A model generated the notes under the pieces. It was not told the origin of the DNA and did no database searches. It saw nothing but the letters and a program-made list of their open reading frames with translations. The position numbers were made by a program, and so were the translations under genes. Positions 1 to 13,479 of a stretch of 64,000 nt of DNA are shown here, in pieces (the first letter of the stretch is position 1; each line of letters begins with the position of its first letter). Location of the stretch: positions 6,841,416 through 6,905,415 of the forward strand of contig NC_057749.1 in the NCBI RefSeq assembly GCF_004010195.1, given 5' to 3'. The DNA is from Chiloscyllium plagiosum. Lineage: Eukaryota.

Positions 1-149
1 CCAAAACGTCTCTGACATTCAATGAGATGAATCCCCCATCATCATGATCTTATGAATTACCCTTAGCCAAAAGTTTAATCAGACTGACCACAAATTCCTG
101 AAGCCATAGGAGAAAGTCGGAAACTGGGAATAGTGGTGAGTGACCCGCC

Positions 150-1945
150 TTCTGAGTTCCCAAAGCCTGTCTGTTTATCTACCACTTCAGGAATATTCAC
201 CACCTTCCTGGTTGAGTCCTGCTCCAACTGGCTCTCGAGACTTGATACCATCCAGGACAAACCAGCCTCCTCCACTAGCTCTACATCCACTGCCTTAAAC
301 ACGCCCTCCACCCAGAACAAGACACACTGTCAAAGATCTTCAGGTAGCACCTTTCAATGTTCAACACCATTTGTGACTCCTCAGATACTGAAGCAGTCTG
401 TGTCCTATATCCTTTCCAACTTTTCCTGCTGCTGCATTTATCTCTGAGGTCCATGTATATGGCAGTCATTTCTGGAAATGGAAGTCAATACATCTGCACG
501 ATGACCAATGTTTGCAGACCCTCTGAGTGGCTGCATGGCTGAGGGGGATCATTGTCTGTATCCATCTGCAGAAGAGCTGGACAACATCCAGGCTAATAGA
601 TGGCATACATCATTCACACAACACAAATGCCACACAATGACCAGCCCTGATAAGACAGAATTGCCATCACACTTTCCTGCTGAACACATTATCTCCCCCT
701 ACTGTCTACAGCCTTGGGGGTGCCACTGACCAGAAATGGAAATGGGAAAACTACCATTTAAATATTGGAGCTATAAGAACATATTAGAGGTAGAAATCCT
801 GCAGTGAGTAACTCATCTCCTGCTTCCCTAATACCTGTCCATCATCTACAAATCACGAATGTGATAGAATACTCCCCATTTGCCTGAATGGGTTCAGCTC
901 CAAAAACACACAAGATGCTTGACACCTTCCAGGACAAAACAGCCTCTCTATTCACCCTCCATCCACAACCTGAAGCATTCACTCCCTTCACCACCAAGCA
1001 CAGTGGCAGCAATGTGTACCATCTGCAAGATGCCCTGCAGTAATTCCCAAAGGTACTTCATTAGCACCTTTCAAATTCATGTCCTGGGAGGACAACAGCA
1101 GCTGATTGATGGGAACACCACGCCCTGCTAGCTCCCCTGGGGTTCACATACCATCCCTACTAGATCACTGTTCCTTCAATGGCACTGGAGCAAAATTCTG
1201 TATATCCCTTCCTGCCAGCACTATGGATGACCCTACACCACTTAGAATCACAGAATCCTTACAGTGTGGAAGCAGGCCATTTGGCCCATCAAGTCTGAAG
1301 AGCATCGCACCCAGAAACCCCCTCACCCACCCTAACCACGTAACCCTGCATTTCTAATGGCTAACCCACCTAGCCTGGACACTATAGGCAATTTAACATG
1401 GCCAATCCAACTAACCTGCACATCTTTGTGGGAGGAAACCAGAGCACCCAGAGGTAACCCACACAGACACAGGGAGAATGTGCAAACTCCACACTGACAG
1501 TCGCCCGAGACTGGAATCGAACTTGGGACTGTGAGGCAGCAGTGCTAGTCACTGGGCCACTGCGCCAGTCCTGGACTGGTGTGGTTTGAGAAGGCAGCCC
1601 ATCAATTAGGGATAGACAATACATATAAGCACAGCCAGCAACACCCACACCACATATGAATAAACAATAATTGCGATTTCTAACACTGAGAAGGCCAAGG
1701 TGTGAGAACACTAATTGCAAGTTGCCTCCAAGTCACACATCATCTTGACATGGAATTATTTTGCCATTCTTTCATGATTTGGGTCAAAATCCTGGAGCTC
1801 CCAACCCCACAGCATTAGGGATGAAACATGGACTGCGGCAGTCCAAAAAGGCAGCTCACCACCACCTTCTCCAGGCTAATTCGGGACAGACAATAAATGC
1901 TAATGTTGTAAGGGACACCCACACCACGCGAACAAAACAAAATTG
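150..1945 (+). mobile_element. Decayed CR1/L2-group LINE fragments (family 2), interrupted by a V-SINE
   Basis: Degenerate RT C-terminal motifs (LDTIQDK near 241, TIYK near 838, MCTICKMPCSNS near 1012) match the minus-strand copy at 28274-28492; 3' UTR tail at about 1720-1935. Confidence 0.65.
1243..1566 (-). mobile_element. HE1-like V-SINE
   Basis: Reverse complement has a tRNA-like head, the GTGGAGTTTGCACATTCTCCC core and a CR1-like tail. Confidence 0.9.
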
Positions 1946-2126
1946 CATTATCCAACAAAAGTGACTTGTACAGTCCTACCTGCAACCCACCTCCAACAGC
2001 AGCTCTTTGCTATCCAAGCCTCTTAACTGGATATCTCCTGAAGACCATTCGACATTGGAGCAGAAATTAGGCCATTCAGCCAAATGAGTCTTACCCACCA
2101 TTCAGTCATGGCTGATAAGCTCCCCA

Positions 2127-2344
2127 GTCGAGTGTGTGGTGCTGGAAAAGCACAGCTGGTCAGACAGCATCCAAGGAGAAGGAGAATTGACGTTTTGGGC
2201 CTAAGCCCTTCAATCAGGAATGAGGCTTGTGGGTCGGGGGTGCTGTGTGATAAATGGGAGGGGGGTGGGGCTGGGGGGGAAGGTAACTGAGAATGCCAAA
2301 GGTCGGTGAAAGTAGGGGAGGAGGTGCTTATCCCACTTTCTCCC
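2127..2344 (-). mobile_element. PLE family A remnant with a degenerate hammerhead
   Basis: GCTGGAAAAGCACAGC...GACGTTTTGGGCCTAAGCCCTTCAATCAGG matches the family A terminus. Confidence 0.75.
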
Positions 2345-3439
2345 CGATAAGACCATAAGACATAGGAGCAGAAGATAGGCCAATCAGCCCATCGAGTCTG
2401 CTTCACTGAATCTTATTCACTGTGTTGTGGCTAACCCCATGCTCACTGGGCCCCAATCCTGCTGTATGGAGGGACTGGCTCAGCTGAGCCAAGAATGGAT
2501 TTGATATACCTGGGCCCAGAAAAGAGTTAAAATCTAAGGGTTCGATTTTACAAACAGCGCCAGACAGCTGTACTCTTCACTGAAAGTAATTGGACCAAAG
2601 CCCCAGGTGTTTGAAGACCTCAGTGACACCCCGTTGCAAAAATCCACCACAGATCTGAATGAACGATAGCACAGAGGCCCCGACCTTCATCATAACAAGA
2701 ATAAATGCTGTTCAAAACTTCATCTGCTCATATCAAGAATCTTGCTGACAACTGCAGATGGAATCAGTGAGCAATCTGATAACCTTTACTGATGGCAACA
2801 GCTTATTTCGGAGGAAAGGGAGAAAAAAGACAAAGAGAGGCACATAGACCCGAACAATATCTTCAGAATGCAAATGGAAACGTTGAAATGAAAATGTTGA
2901 AGTGAAATGTTAAACCTTATCAATGCAAATCAACCACCACATCACCATAAAGAGCATTGCAGGTTTACTGACAGCTGACAATTTCCAGCCTAACCTTTCG
3001 ATTTGACAACAAACAGCATTAAAAATTCATACAGCCTTTTCAAAAACACTGCTCCTGCTGCCAAGTGTTCATTTTCCCTCTGAATCTGCTGAATCTTTGA
3101 AGGAAAAGATTTTTCTTCATGACCGCAACAGGCGAAGTAAGTTAAAAAGGAAACTTTCAAACTAGGCGGGGTAATTTCCTCCAGTCTGTTGATCATAACA
3201 TCAGAAGTCAATCCAGGAATTGTTTACCAAGGTTTTGACTGAGTGACTCTTATGGTGCATGTAGGTACCGCACCTGTTTCAGGGCCAGGAGATTTGGCTT
3301 TAAGACTTATTTCAGGACTTGATGGGCAAGGGAAATACATTTACCATGTAGCCAAACAGATTAATTATCAAAGTAAATCCTTCCAAAACACTTGTCACAG
3401 GAGGTATAAGAGTGCAAGAGCCTTCTGGACTGCGACATT

Positions 3440-4272
3440 TGGGGGAAAGTGGTAGCTAAAGACCTCGTCCAGCAGAAATTAGCCGTGGAAACATAAGTGT
3501 GCAATTTAAGTGTCACATTGAACATTGTGGACAATGGGGGACACCCCATTGTAGGAAAGATCTGTATGCATTGGCGAGAGTGCAGTGTGATTTACAAAAA
3601 TGGCTACAAAAACAGAAAACCTCAGCTCTGAAGAAGTTGGGACTGTTCTCTTCGGAGAGAAGGCAGCTTTAATAGACATTTTCAAAATCATGAGCTGAAT
3701 AGAGTAGATAGGGAGAAGCTATTTCAACTCACAAAAGAAACAAGAATGAGAGGATATAGATCTAAAGTGATGTGCAAAGGAAACAAGAGTGATGTGAGAA
3801 CATAAATGCTGGTTTTCCACACAGTGAGATGATGAGATCGCAGGTACTAGGAGCAGGTAATTCAGCTCCTCAAGTCCATTCCACTCTTTAATACGATCAC
3901 CTCAGCCTCAACTCCTCTTTCTCCAACTTCATATCCTTTCAATCCATTACTAACTAAAAAGCCTTTCTCCTCCTTAAATTCACCAATGTCTCAGCATGCT
4001 GGGATAAATTCCACAGATTCATGACTCTTCAAGAGAATTCATTCTTCCTCATCTCTACTTTAATTCTGCTCCCCTTTATCTTGTCTGGAAATGTGCTGGA
4101 GGCAAGTTCAGTTGAAGTATTCAAGAGGGCATTGTCTAATTGTCTGAATAGGAACAGCATGCAAGAGTATGAGGGGAAAGCAGGAAATTGCCATTAAGTA
4201 ATGATACTTGGTTGAAAAGCTAATACAGGCATGATTGGCTGAATGGCCAACTACTTTACTGTAACAATTCTG
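3440..4272 (+). mobile_element. Decayed CR1/HER1 LINE 3' region with a nested antisense CR1 tail (about 3840-4085)
   Basis: Similar to other CR1 3' ends in the window; tail GGCTGAATGGCC...TGTAACAATTCTGTGATT. Confidence 0.6.
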
Positions 4273-4287
4273 TGATTCGGTTGTGTG

Positions 4288-4288
4288 G

Positions 4289-4320
<32 letters not shown>

Positions 4321-4341
4321 ACACAGACACACACACACACA
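4288..4341. repeat. (CA)n microsatellite
   Basis: Directly visible, with a few GA interruptions. Confidence 0.95.
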
Positions 4342-4814
4342 AATGTCAGAATCTTTCTTCCCAACAATGCATGTCAGAAGAGCATTTCCCACTGTTAAGT
4401 CTGTTAGTTTCTATTTTCCTCACTAGCCATCCTTGGATTGTGATAAAGCAGATCCCATATTGCTTTGGATCTGGGGACAATAGGAGAATTGAGCGAAATG
4501 TACTTCATGTGCAGTTCTTGCCGTGACTGGAGATTTTCAATTATTTTTGAGATGCCTTTCTTGCCTCTTGTCAAGGTTATTTCAAATACCTTCAAGCCAG
4601 AATCCCATCATCCAGAAATTTGTGCTTCTCAAACCTGACTCGCCTATTTCCTTCTCACGACAATCCCAGTCTTCTTAGAATCTGAAATAACTGCACAGAG
4701 GCTGGTATCCCATCAGCAAGTCACCCTTTATTTACATGTGCACTGTACACTGGTTGTGACCAGCCAGCTCAGAGTCAGTCACCGGAATTGAAGAGGTTCT
4801 AAATCCCCAGTTAA

Positions 4815-5119
4815 TTTTTTTTTCTTTCTTTTTTTAATCAAAGGGCGATGCTCCTCCTGGTTATATATTTTTTTATGCTGTGTGAATATTCTGTTTTTTT
4901 TTTCTTTTTTTTGACAAGCAGTGCCCTAACCCTTCTGTTTTTTTTAAACCCCCACACTACCGCCTAACCGCGGTAGTGCTTATTTTTTCCCCAGCACCCA
5001 TGGTGTGTGTGTATACAATTGAGACACAGTGAAAGACGCAAAGTGCATGAATCCTTATTCATTTTCCACCACCAGGAATTTAGGAAAACACGTGAGTGGC
5101 CAGTGACAAACACTGCCCT
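4815..5119 (-). mobile_element. Poly(A)-tailed retroposed insertion (L1/Tx1-type TPRT signature) inside the LTR
   Basis: Perfect 15-bp TSD TAAATCCCCAGTTAA at 4800-4814 and 5120-5134; poly-T at the left end. Confidence 0.75.
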
Positions 5120-5360
5120 TAAATCCCCAGTTAACATTGGTCAGCCAGTACCTCCTGATTGGCCCTGGTTAACAACCCCCATCAAGGATCTTGTAGTTAA
5201 CAAGATCGACCTGGTTCCAATCATTAAATTCCTCCGTCCTTGAAGTCCAGGGATGTTGACTTGGTCTTTCTCTTGTCGCTTTTCCTGCAACATCTTTGCC
5301 CCAGGTCCGGTTCATCTGACTCGGACTCTGACTCTGGCGGTACGTCCGGAGCGTCCCGGG

Positions 5361-5609
5361 ATTAGAGGAGGTTTGGGGTCGTAATATTCCTTAACCAATT
5401 CCATCAGCTCTTGGAAGTGGCTGATGCCTCTGGGAAAGTTAAACCCCCTTATAATCGAAAACGCTGCGGGTCCGTGAGCAGCCAGAAGGATTACTCATCT
5501 CTTTTCCCCAATGTCATTTGTCCAGGAAAAAGTATTGCATTCTTCCTACATACTGGGCCCAGTCTTTGACAGCAGGATCAAATGAGTCAAGTTTCCCAAA
5601 TAAAGGCAG
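5361..5609 (-). pseudogene. gag: Gypsy gag N-terminal fragment with frameshifts and a stop
   Basis: LPLFGKLDSFDPAVKDWAQYVGRMQYFF...VILLAAHGPAAFSIIR...FQELMELVKEYYDPKPPL resembles a Gypsy gag N-terminus. Confidence 0.8.
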
Positions 5610-5877
5610 GATGCCAGAAATGTTTACCCCAACTCCAAGATGAATGTTGCGAGCTAATGTTCTTCCGGCACATTCCTGTTGCCATTGAAATAACTGCACA
5701 GAGGCTGGCATTCTGTCCCTAAGTCACCCTTTCTTTACAGGACACTGGCTGTGGCCAGCCAGCTCAGAGTCAGTCCCTGCACTGCGGAGATTCCAAATCC
5801 CCACTTAATATTGGTTTCCTGGTTGGTCTAGGTTGATCTCATAGTCAACAAGATCCACCTGGTTCCAATCACTGCAG

Positions 5878-6062
5878 AATCATAGAATCCCTACAGCCCA
5901 TTGAGTCCCTACCAACCCTCTGAAGAGCATCTCACTCAGACCCAACCCCCTACCTTATCCCTGAAACCCTGCATTCACCATGGCTAATTCAGCTAACCTG
6001 CACATTCCTGGACACTGGGACAATTTAGCACAACCAATCCATCTAACCTGCACATCTTTGGA
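5878..6062 (-). mobile_element. V-SINE, 3' half
   Basis: Tail and partial core match the other copies. Confidence 0.8.
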
Positions 6063-8277
6063 ATAGAATAGAATATTAGTGACAGGCGACATTGGGAGCA
6101 AAACTTAAAACTCAGGGAATTCTTTAGTAATGGAAGAAGGACTCCAAGGTCTGTCACAATGGAAAGGGTGTAGAATGAGCAGAAAATGATCAATGTGGAA
6201 GCTATGAGGAATTCAGCTGTAGAAATTGCGGGGTTTGGAAGCAATAACTACTTACATTAATTAAGAATCTTTAATGCGGCAAATAAATCCTATAGCCCTC
6301 TACAGGAGAGTCATCATAGTAAATTGCAATCTAGAGGAATGGTAGAACACTTGACCATAGTCATTTACATTACCAATGTAAATTTCACTAGCTACCTTGG
6401 TGGAATTTCAACTGATGCTCCCAGAATGTTAGCCTGGGGACCTGAGTTGCTAGGCCAGTGACATTGCCATCAGGCCACCACCGCTCTTTGATACCTACAA
6501 GCCACAGTGGGTAGTGGGACAGAAAGGCAACCTACAAGCTTCTTGGATGTAATTGGGTTTGAGGTAGGAAGTTGAATGGATCCTGAGTTCCCCATCCTCC
6601 TGCAGGATTTAATAACTACTGGAAGCAAACTCTCAATGGGTGGCAGTGAAAACTTCTGCCAGAATTCATTTTACCATGAGCAAGTGCAGGTAGAGGGATT
6701 TCCATGACCACATTGTAGACCACAAAATGCATCGGAAACCTTAGGCCCAAGGGGAAACCACTCAGAAAGTCTACTGTTGAGTTCAGCCAAAAAGGGAGGG
6801 ATAGCAACCTTATCCATGGAATATCGCTGGCGATTCTGTCTCTGAAAGATAATTTGTGGATAAGTGCATTGAAGCTTTCCCTTGCAGATGCCATTGAGCC
6901 CAAATTCAAGACTCCCAAAAACTAACACATTGATGGGAGCATTTCATGTATTTCAAGAATTAATCTTTGCAATAAAAGGCTCCTTTCCATTCTGCACGGC
7001 GGCAACAGAATAGCTTCGTAGATGAGTGGAAACGTGACACTGAGGTCGAAACAGCTACTTCACCTCACTCACAGATAAAACACCAAACAGATAAAGCACT
7101 CTTTAACATTCTGTAGACCATCTTGTTAATAGTATTTGCGTCAAAGTCTATTAGCTCAATTAGAAGCATGGGGAGAAGATGGTGGTTTATGACCTTGTCA
7201 TACATAATGCAAAGTACTTTGCTCATCATTTGCCAAGCCGCCTTTATTCTCGGCTCTCGGGATTATAATGTAAAGGTATTACTTCTCCCAGCTTGCAAAA
7301 GAAAGCAACATATGCTTTAGAGTGCTGCAAGTGTTAAAACTTTGTGTACCTTTATTTCTGGAAAGTTGAAATGATAATTTATAAACTAATGGTTTTTGAT
7401 GCAGGCTATCCACACACTACAATCTGGCAAATCAATTCACAGAATAACTCATTGGCAGGTACTGTACAATAAATACAGATGAGTCTTCAGGGGCCATTGA
7501 CTCAACATGGAGTGTGTTAAGTATCTTCCCATCCAGCAGCTGAGACACAGCTGGATATATTAAAGAATGTCCTTTGGTAGCTGTAAAAAGCCAGCAGAAG
7601 ATGATTAGAGGAGGTTACTCTGTTTCTGTCTGTCAAATAAACATAGAAGTAATGACTCTAGCAGCTGCACTCCCATTACATTAGAAATATATTAGCTAAA
7701 TGTCTGTTTTAAAGCCATAGTACATTCAGGATGTGCATCACAGAATCCATGAAATACAGAAGTTATTCAGTCGGGGACCGGATTAACTATCTGTCTTTGA
7801 CTGGTATGTTTTCTCAGTAGCCAGGCAAAATGACTCACGACTCGATTTGTACTATCAAGGTGGATAGCACCAGTTGTAAACTTGCCCAGCTTACCAGATC
7901 TACTTTTGAGTTTCACTCCGGAGTGTGGTTCAGTGGGTGTGGGGCACATTAAAGTTGGGTACATTCACCTCAGAAGCACAGTTTGGAGCATGAGATTAGG
8001 GCAAGTGCTGAGAGAGGCTGGTGTTGAAAGAAGGCATCTCCAATCTCTGCGATTTTGTTCCAGTTTTTTTAGATGTCCACTAGTCATCCCACCCTCCCTA
8101 GCTCCTCAACAACCTTTTCCCCACCAATGGGGGAAGCCTTAATGCCAGTGAAATGACAACCCATTCATCGCTTCCCCTTGGTCCACTCATACCCTCAATA
8201 TCATGCCTACGGCTACTCCGCCAGTATCTACCATGGTCAGACATAAGGAGGTAAGCAAAGATGAAATATTAAACAAC

Positions 8278-8492
8278 CAAATAAAACTGAACAAAGTATG
8301 GATGCTGTAAATCAGAAACAAAAGCAGAAATTGCTGGAAAAGCTCAGCTGGACTGGCAACATCTTTGGAGAGAAATCAGAGTGAACGTTTTGAGCTCTGA
8401 GGAAGGGCCACTCAACCCGAAACATGAATTCTGATTTCTCTCCACAGATGCTGCCAGACCTGCTGAGCTTTTCCAGCAATTTCTGTTTTAGT
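8278..8492. mobile_element. PLE family B hairpin remnant
   Basis: Inverted arms CAGAAATTGCTGGAAAAGCTCAGC / GCTGAGCTTTTCCAGCAATTTCTG; hammerhead-like core at 8397-8426; TSD TATTAAACA at 8267-8275 and 8493-8501. Confidence 0.75.
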
Positions 8493-9697
8493 TATTAAAC
8501 AGCAAGCTCTCACTCCTGCACACTTAAAAAAAAAACCTCCCATACATAAAAGAAATCCAAAACTTTAGGTTAATCTAGGATGAAAAAAATATTCTACTAA
8601 GACCCTGTATCAAAGACAGTTAACAATTCAAGAGATTCTTAAAACTGCCAATCAAAATGTGAAATCAAAACCCCTGCTAGAATAACTGCAGTTTTTAAAA
8701 ACTTAACTGTAATGACATAATCATGGATACTCAATTAAAACCTTAAAAGACCTCGAGCAGGACACTCCTTATTCTGCTGTATTCTAGAGGTACTCGACCA
8801 AGCCTGTTCATCGTTGCTGATTTGTATACTGGTGCATTTCCCAGTACCAGTCTTACAAATCTTGTCTACACCTTCACCAGTGCCTCTCTAGCCTTTATAG
8901 AATATGGCTTAGAGGTGTTTGCCTCTGCAGAAGCTCATCAACTAACTCTGTTAGTGTAAAGTCTAATCATTTTACTGCTTTGTCGCAAATTCAAGAGAAG
9001 GGGCACTCCTGTCACATAAGTGAGTGACGTTAACGTGGAGCAAAGCGCTGTAGCTGAAGTGTAAACAGCAGAAATGTATCAATGCTAGGAAACTGAAAAA
9101 AATGCTGCAAAGATCAGAGCTCAGGACATATCATGGGGCAACTCTTTTGAAGGACAAATCCTTTGAGAGGCATGACTTTGAAAGATGGATCTGTAGCTGC
9201 AGGAACTGATTGCGCTGCCTACGATAGAATGTTAAAAAAAGGCCACGCCACTTCCAGCTGGTCTACAGAAAACCAGCACTCACCTCAGCTTTCACAATTC
9301 TGCTTTTCTCCTCTGAGTATGCTCACATGATTCACGTTTGACACAAATATTGTTTTGTTTTTGTCGGGCTATTCCATGTGGCTGAAAGAAGGCAAAGAAA
9401 GCACTTTTTTTGGAACAGAAAAAGGGTTAATGTCATACTAGAGTTGCATAAAGTACTTGTTTGGTCACATCTGTGGTCTCATGTACAGTTCTGAGCACTT
9501 TACCTCAGCAAGAGTTCATTTAATCTGCGAGAGGGTGTAGTGGAGATTCATTAGAATGGGTTTGTGGTTAAAAGGGTGAAGTTATGAGGGCAAATTGCAT
9601 AAAAATTACATTTCATTAATTTGGAACTGTTTTAAAAAATTAGCGTTGCCTACTTAAAACAGAGATAAGTAATTTTGAATTTACTCAGAAGATTATG

Positions 9698-10035
9698 TGG
9701 GTGGCTCAGTGGTTAGCACTGCTGCCTCATAGTACTAGGGACCAGGGTTCAATTGCAGCCTTGGGTGACTGTCTGTGTGGAGTCTGCATGTTCTCCCTGT
9801 GTCTGTGTGGGCTTCTTCTGGGTGCTCCAGTTTCCTTCCACAGTCCAACGGTATGTAGGTTAGTTGGATTGCCTGTGCTAAGCTGTTCACAGTTTCTAGT
9901 GATGTGTAGATTAGTGGATTAGCTATGGGAAATGCAGGGTAACAGGGATGGGGTAGGTCTAGGTGGGATGCTCTTTGAAGGTTCAGTGTGGACTTGATGG
10001 GCTGAGTGGCCTCTTTACTTACTGTAGAGATTCTA
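9698..10035 (+). mobile_element. HE1-like V-SINE
   Basis: GTGGCTCAGTGGTTAGCACTGCTGCCTCA head, B-box GGTTCAATT, V core and tail. Confidence 0.9.
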
Positions 10036-11329
10036 AGGAACAATGTCTCTGAAGTGTGGAGTGGAAGCAGACTCATTGAATATTTTTAAGGCATAGATTC
10101 ATGAGGTGAAAGATTGCAGGTAGGCATCTGAATTTGAGGTCAGGTTTGAAAGGATGAAGGGCCTACTGATTTTTTTTAAAATCATTCACAGGACATGGGC
10201 ATCACAAGCAAAGTTAGCATTTCTGGCTCATTCCAAAGTGCTCAGAGGGCAAGTTACACCGATACAACAAGTCTGTAAATTGGAAATTAATTGACCTGGA
10301 GAATAAAAATAAAAGAATTCTAATAGTGTGGTTAAAAGATTGGAAGACCGAATTGGAAATAAAATTTTATTGACTAGATTGGAAGAGTATGGTGCTCAGT
10401 GAGAAGCTAATTTAATGGCCACCTCGGCAGAAAAACTCTTTACAAAGCAGAATATTTTATAAAAGGACTGAGATTGCAGAGGGATCTGGGTGTAATTGTA
10501 CATGATTGTTGCTGTGGTCTGGAGTCACATGGAGGATATCAGTGTAATGATTGGAACGATTAAAGCTCCGTATGGGATGATGTCAGGAGATACATCCCCA
10601 TGCAAAATGCAGTGGGAATCTGGAACTCTTTCCCCTCTCCACATCCCGCCAGAAAGGATGAATTGTGCCATTGGGAATGTGCCAGAATCCTTTATGAAAA
10701 AGGTAGTCACAGGACATTTATTACAGGAAACTTATGGTACAAAGTCAATATGCTTTTGTGAAAGGAAACCCAGATTTGTCAAATTTTACTCAAAGTGTTT
10801 TGAGGATGTAGTCAACAGGGTTGACAAAGGGTGGATTGGTGTAGTTAGATTTTCCAAAAACAGCATTTCATAAGCTTCCACGTCAAAGGTTACTGCACAA
10901 GACAACAAACTATGGCGTTGGGGGTAACATTTTGGCATTGACCGAGGATTGGTTAACCAACAGGAAGCAGAGAGTTAGGATAAATGGGTCATTTTCAGCT
11001 TTGCAAACAGTATTTAAGAACTGTTGCATGGATCACGGTTGGAGGCACAACTATTTATGATCTATATTAGCGAAGGGACAGATTATGTTGTAGGGAAATT
11101 TCTTAATGGTGCAAATATATCTAAGAAAGTCAATTGTAAAGATGATACAACTTGCCTTCAAAATATAATAGAGAGATTAAAAGGTTGGTAAGCTGAACGT
11201 GGGTGGGGGAGGGGGCATGTGATATCCACTTTGAAAGAAAAAAATAGAAGATCAGAGCTTTCCACTGTATTTTGGCACACGTGACAAATTAAAAGGAGTG
11301 AGGTGTAGTACAGAGGGGTTCGGGCACTT

Positions 11330-11520
11330 GAAAAAATGTGTTGCTGGAAAAGCGCAGCAGGTCAGGCAGCATCAACGGAGCAGGAGAATCGACGTTTCGG
11401 GCATAAGCCCTTCTTCAGGAATCAGTTCCCTGATGAACGGCTTATGCCCGAAACGTCGATTCTCCTGCTCCTCGGATGCTGCCTGACCTGCTGTGCTTCC
11501 CCAGCAACAAACTCTCGACA
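11330..11520. mobile_element. PLE family A hairpin with a hammerhead in each arm
   Basis: Inverted arms of about 85 bp; cores at 11391-11418 (-) and 11430-11457 (+). Confidence 0.85.
11391..11418 (-). ncRNA. Minimal type I hammerhead ribozyme motif, core intact
   Basis: CUGAAGA-A-GGGC-UUAU-GCCC-GAAA-CGUC. Confidence 0.75.
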
Positions 11521-12275
11521 ACATGTTATTAGGAAGGCAAATTGAATGTTAGCAAGGTGGATAGACTACAAAGGTAAAGAACGTCTGTTACAGCTGTACA
11601 CTGCATTGATGACACTGCACATCGGAGTACTGTGTGCAGCTTTTGTCTCCTTGCATAAGAAGGGATGCATTTGTATTGGGAGCAGAACAATAAGGGTTCA
11701 CTAGGCTAATTTCTGGGGTGAAAGGATTATCTTGTGAGGGAAGATTGTCGAGTTTATGTCTCTACTCACTGGAGATTAGAAAAATGAGAGGTGATCTTAA
11801 CATAACAACATAAGAACTAGGAGCAGGAGTGGGCCATCTGGCCCCTCAAGCCTGCTCCACCATTCAATATGATCATGGCTGATATTTTCATGAATTCAGC
11901 TCCATTTATCTGCCTACTCCCCATAACCTTTCATTCCTTTACTGTTCAAAAATCTACCTTTGTCTTAAAAATATTCAATGAGGTCTTCAACCGTTGGGTG
12001 AAGACGTTCCCCCTCAACTCAGTCTTAACTTACTTTGACGCTACGCCCCCTAGTTCTCATTTCACCCACCGGTGGAAACAATCTCCCTGCTTCTATTTTA
12101 TCCTATTCCTTCATAATTTTTACATGTTTCTATAAGACCCCCCTCATTCTTCTAAATTCCATTGAGTACAGTACAAGTCTACTCAATCACTCCATATAAA
12201 GCAACATTCTCGATTCCAGCATCAACTTTGTGAACATCCTCTGCAATTCTGAGGTTGACAAGGTTGGATGATGAG

Positions 12276-12652
12276 GCAAAAGTGAGGACTGCAGATGCTG
12301 CAAACCAGAGTCAAGATTTAGAGTGGTGCTGGAAAAGCACAGCAGGTCAGGCAGCATCCGAGGAGCAGGAAAATTGATGTTTTGGGCAAAAGCCCTTCAT
12401 CAGGAATAGAGGCCAGAAGCCTGCAGGGTGGAGAGATAAATAGGGTGGGATGTGGGGCTGGGGAGAAGGTAGCAAGGAGTACAATAGGTGAATGGGGGTA
12501 GGGATGGAGGTGATAGGTCAGAGAGGAGGGTGGAGTGGATAGGTGGAAAGGGAGATTGGCAGGTAGGACAGGTCATGAGGATGGTGCTGAGCTGGAAGGT
12601 TGGAACTGAGGTAAGGCGGGAGAAGGGGAAAATGAGGCAACTGGTGAAGTCC
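12276..12652 (-). mobile_element. PLE family A 3' fragment
   Basis: Perfect 15-bp TSD AGGTTGGATGATGAG at 12261-12275 and 12653-12667; family A terminus; no poly(A). Confidence 0.85.
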
Positions 12653-13479
12653 AGGTTGGATGATGAGAGGATGCTTTCTCTGGTGGGCTAATCCAGAGCT
12701 AGGGGCACGGGGCTTAAAGATAAAGGATCTCCCATTCAAGATAGAACCAAGTTGGAATTCCTTCTTTCAGAGGGTCATTAGCCCTGTTTCGAAAGGCAGA
12801 AGTGAAGGCTTGAATATATTCAATAGATTTTGATAAGAGGCATAGATCATGGGGTGCAGGCAACCAAGTGGTGTTAAGGCCACAATCTGATCAATCAATT
12901 GAGTGGCAGAGCAAGCTTAATAGGTCGCCTACTTCTGCTCCTGCTTCTTATAAACTTACGGTCTTGAGAATGGCCATTTCAGTGAGATACCAGTGCCGAG
13001 GGAACCGTGACCCGGTGGATATCAAGTGTCTTGGAAGAAGGCAGCAAAATTACAAATAGGTGGGGACTGAGAGCTAGTCAGAACTTTTTTTTTCCTGTTT
13101 ATTTTAAACTATGCAATCGGTAATTACCCAAATTCAGACACAGGCAATATGGAAACAATTACCACGCTGTAGAAAATTCTGCAATGCGCAACCAATTGTA
13201 CACCTTGTGTAAAAGTGATAATTAACCGCGGGTGATAATGATTATAAAATCATTGTCTTTTCTTCCGAGCTGTGTGTTAGCGTCACGAGAAGCACCAGGG
13301 TTTTCACACTCTCTCCTCTCCAAATTATGTGACTCATAAGATCAATAATACTACGAATGTACATTTCATATTCCTTAGCACCCACTGTAGGTCAAAGCTC
13401 TTATTTGGATTTTGACAGAATCAGTATAATTATGCCCTTACAATTTTAAACCCAAGAATCTACAGCCTTGTCATTAAAT

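Larger units (their letters stand above)
4683..5876 (-). mobile_element. Internally deleted Gypsy-type LTR retrotransposon with both LTRs
   Basis: LTRs at 4683-5228 and 5686-5876; 5-bp TSD GAATC at 4678-4682 and 5877-5881; PBS-like TGGCAACAGG (minus strand, 5675-5684); purine tract at 5229-5242 on the minus strand; gag fragment. Confidence 0.85.
9400..12960 (+). mobile_element. Long decayed CR1/HER1 LINE region (RT remnants) with nested insertions
   Basis: Recognisable degenerate CR1 ORF2 segments at about 9430-9600, 10790-11040, 11520-11800 and 12670-12960; nested SINE, PLEs and an antisense CR1 tail at 11800-12245. Confidence 0.65.

Noticed and set aside
6616..6928. Overlapping 100-aa and 85-aa ORFs in semi-unique sequence
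   Set aside because: No recognisable domain, non-ATG starts, and lengths expected by chance
11330..11520. Hairpins as MITEs or miRNA genes
   Set aside because: Asymmetric tails, variable 10-15 bp TSDs, single-arm copies and hammerhead cores fit PLE remnants better
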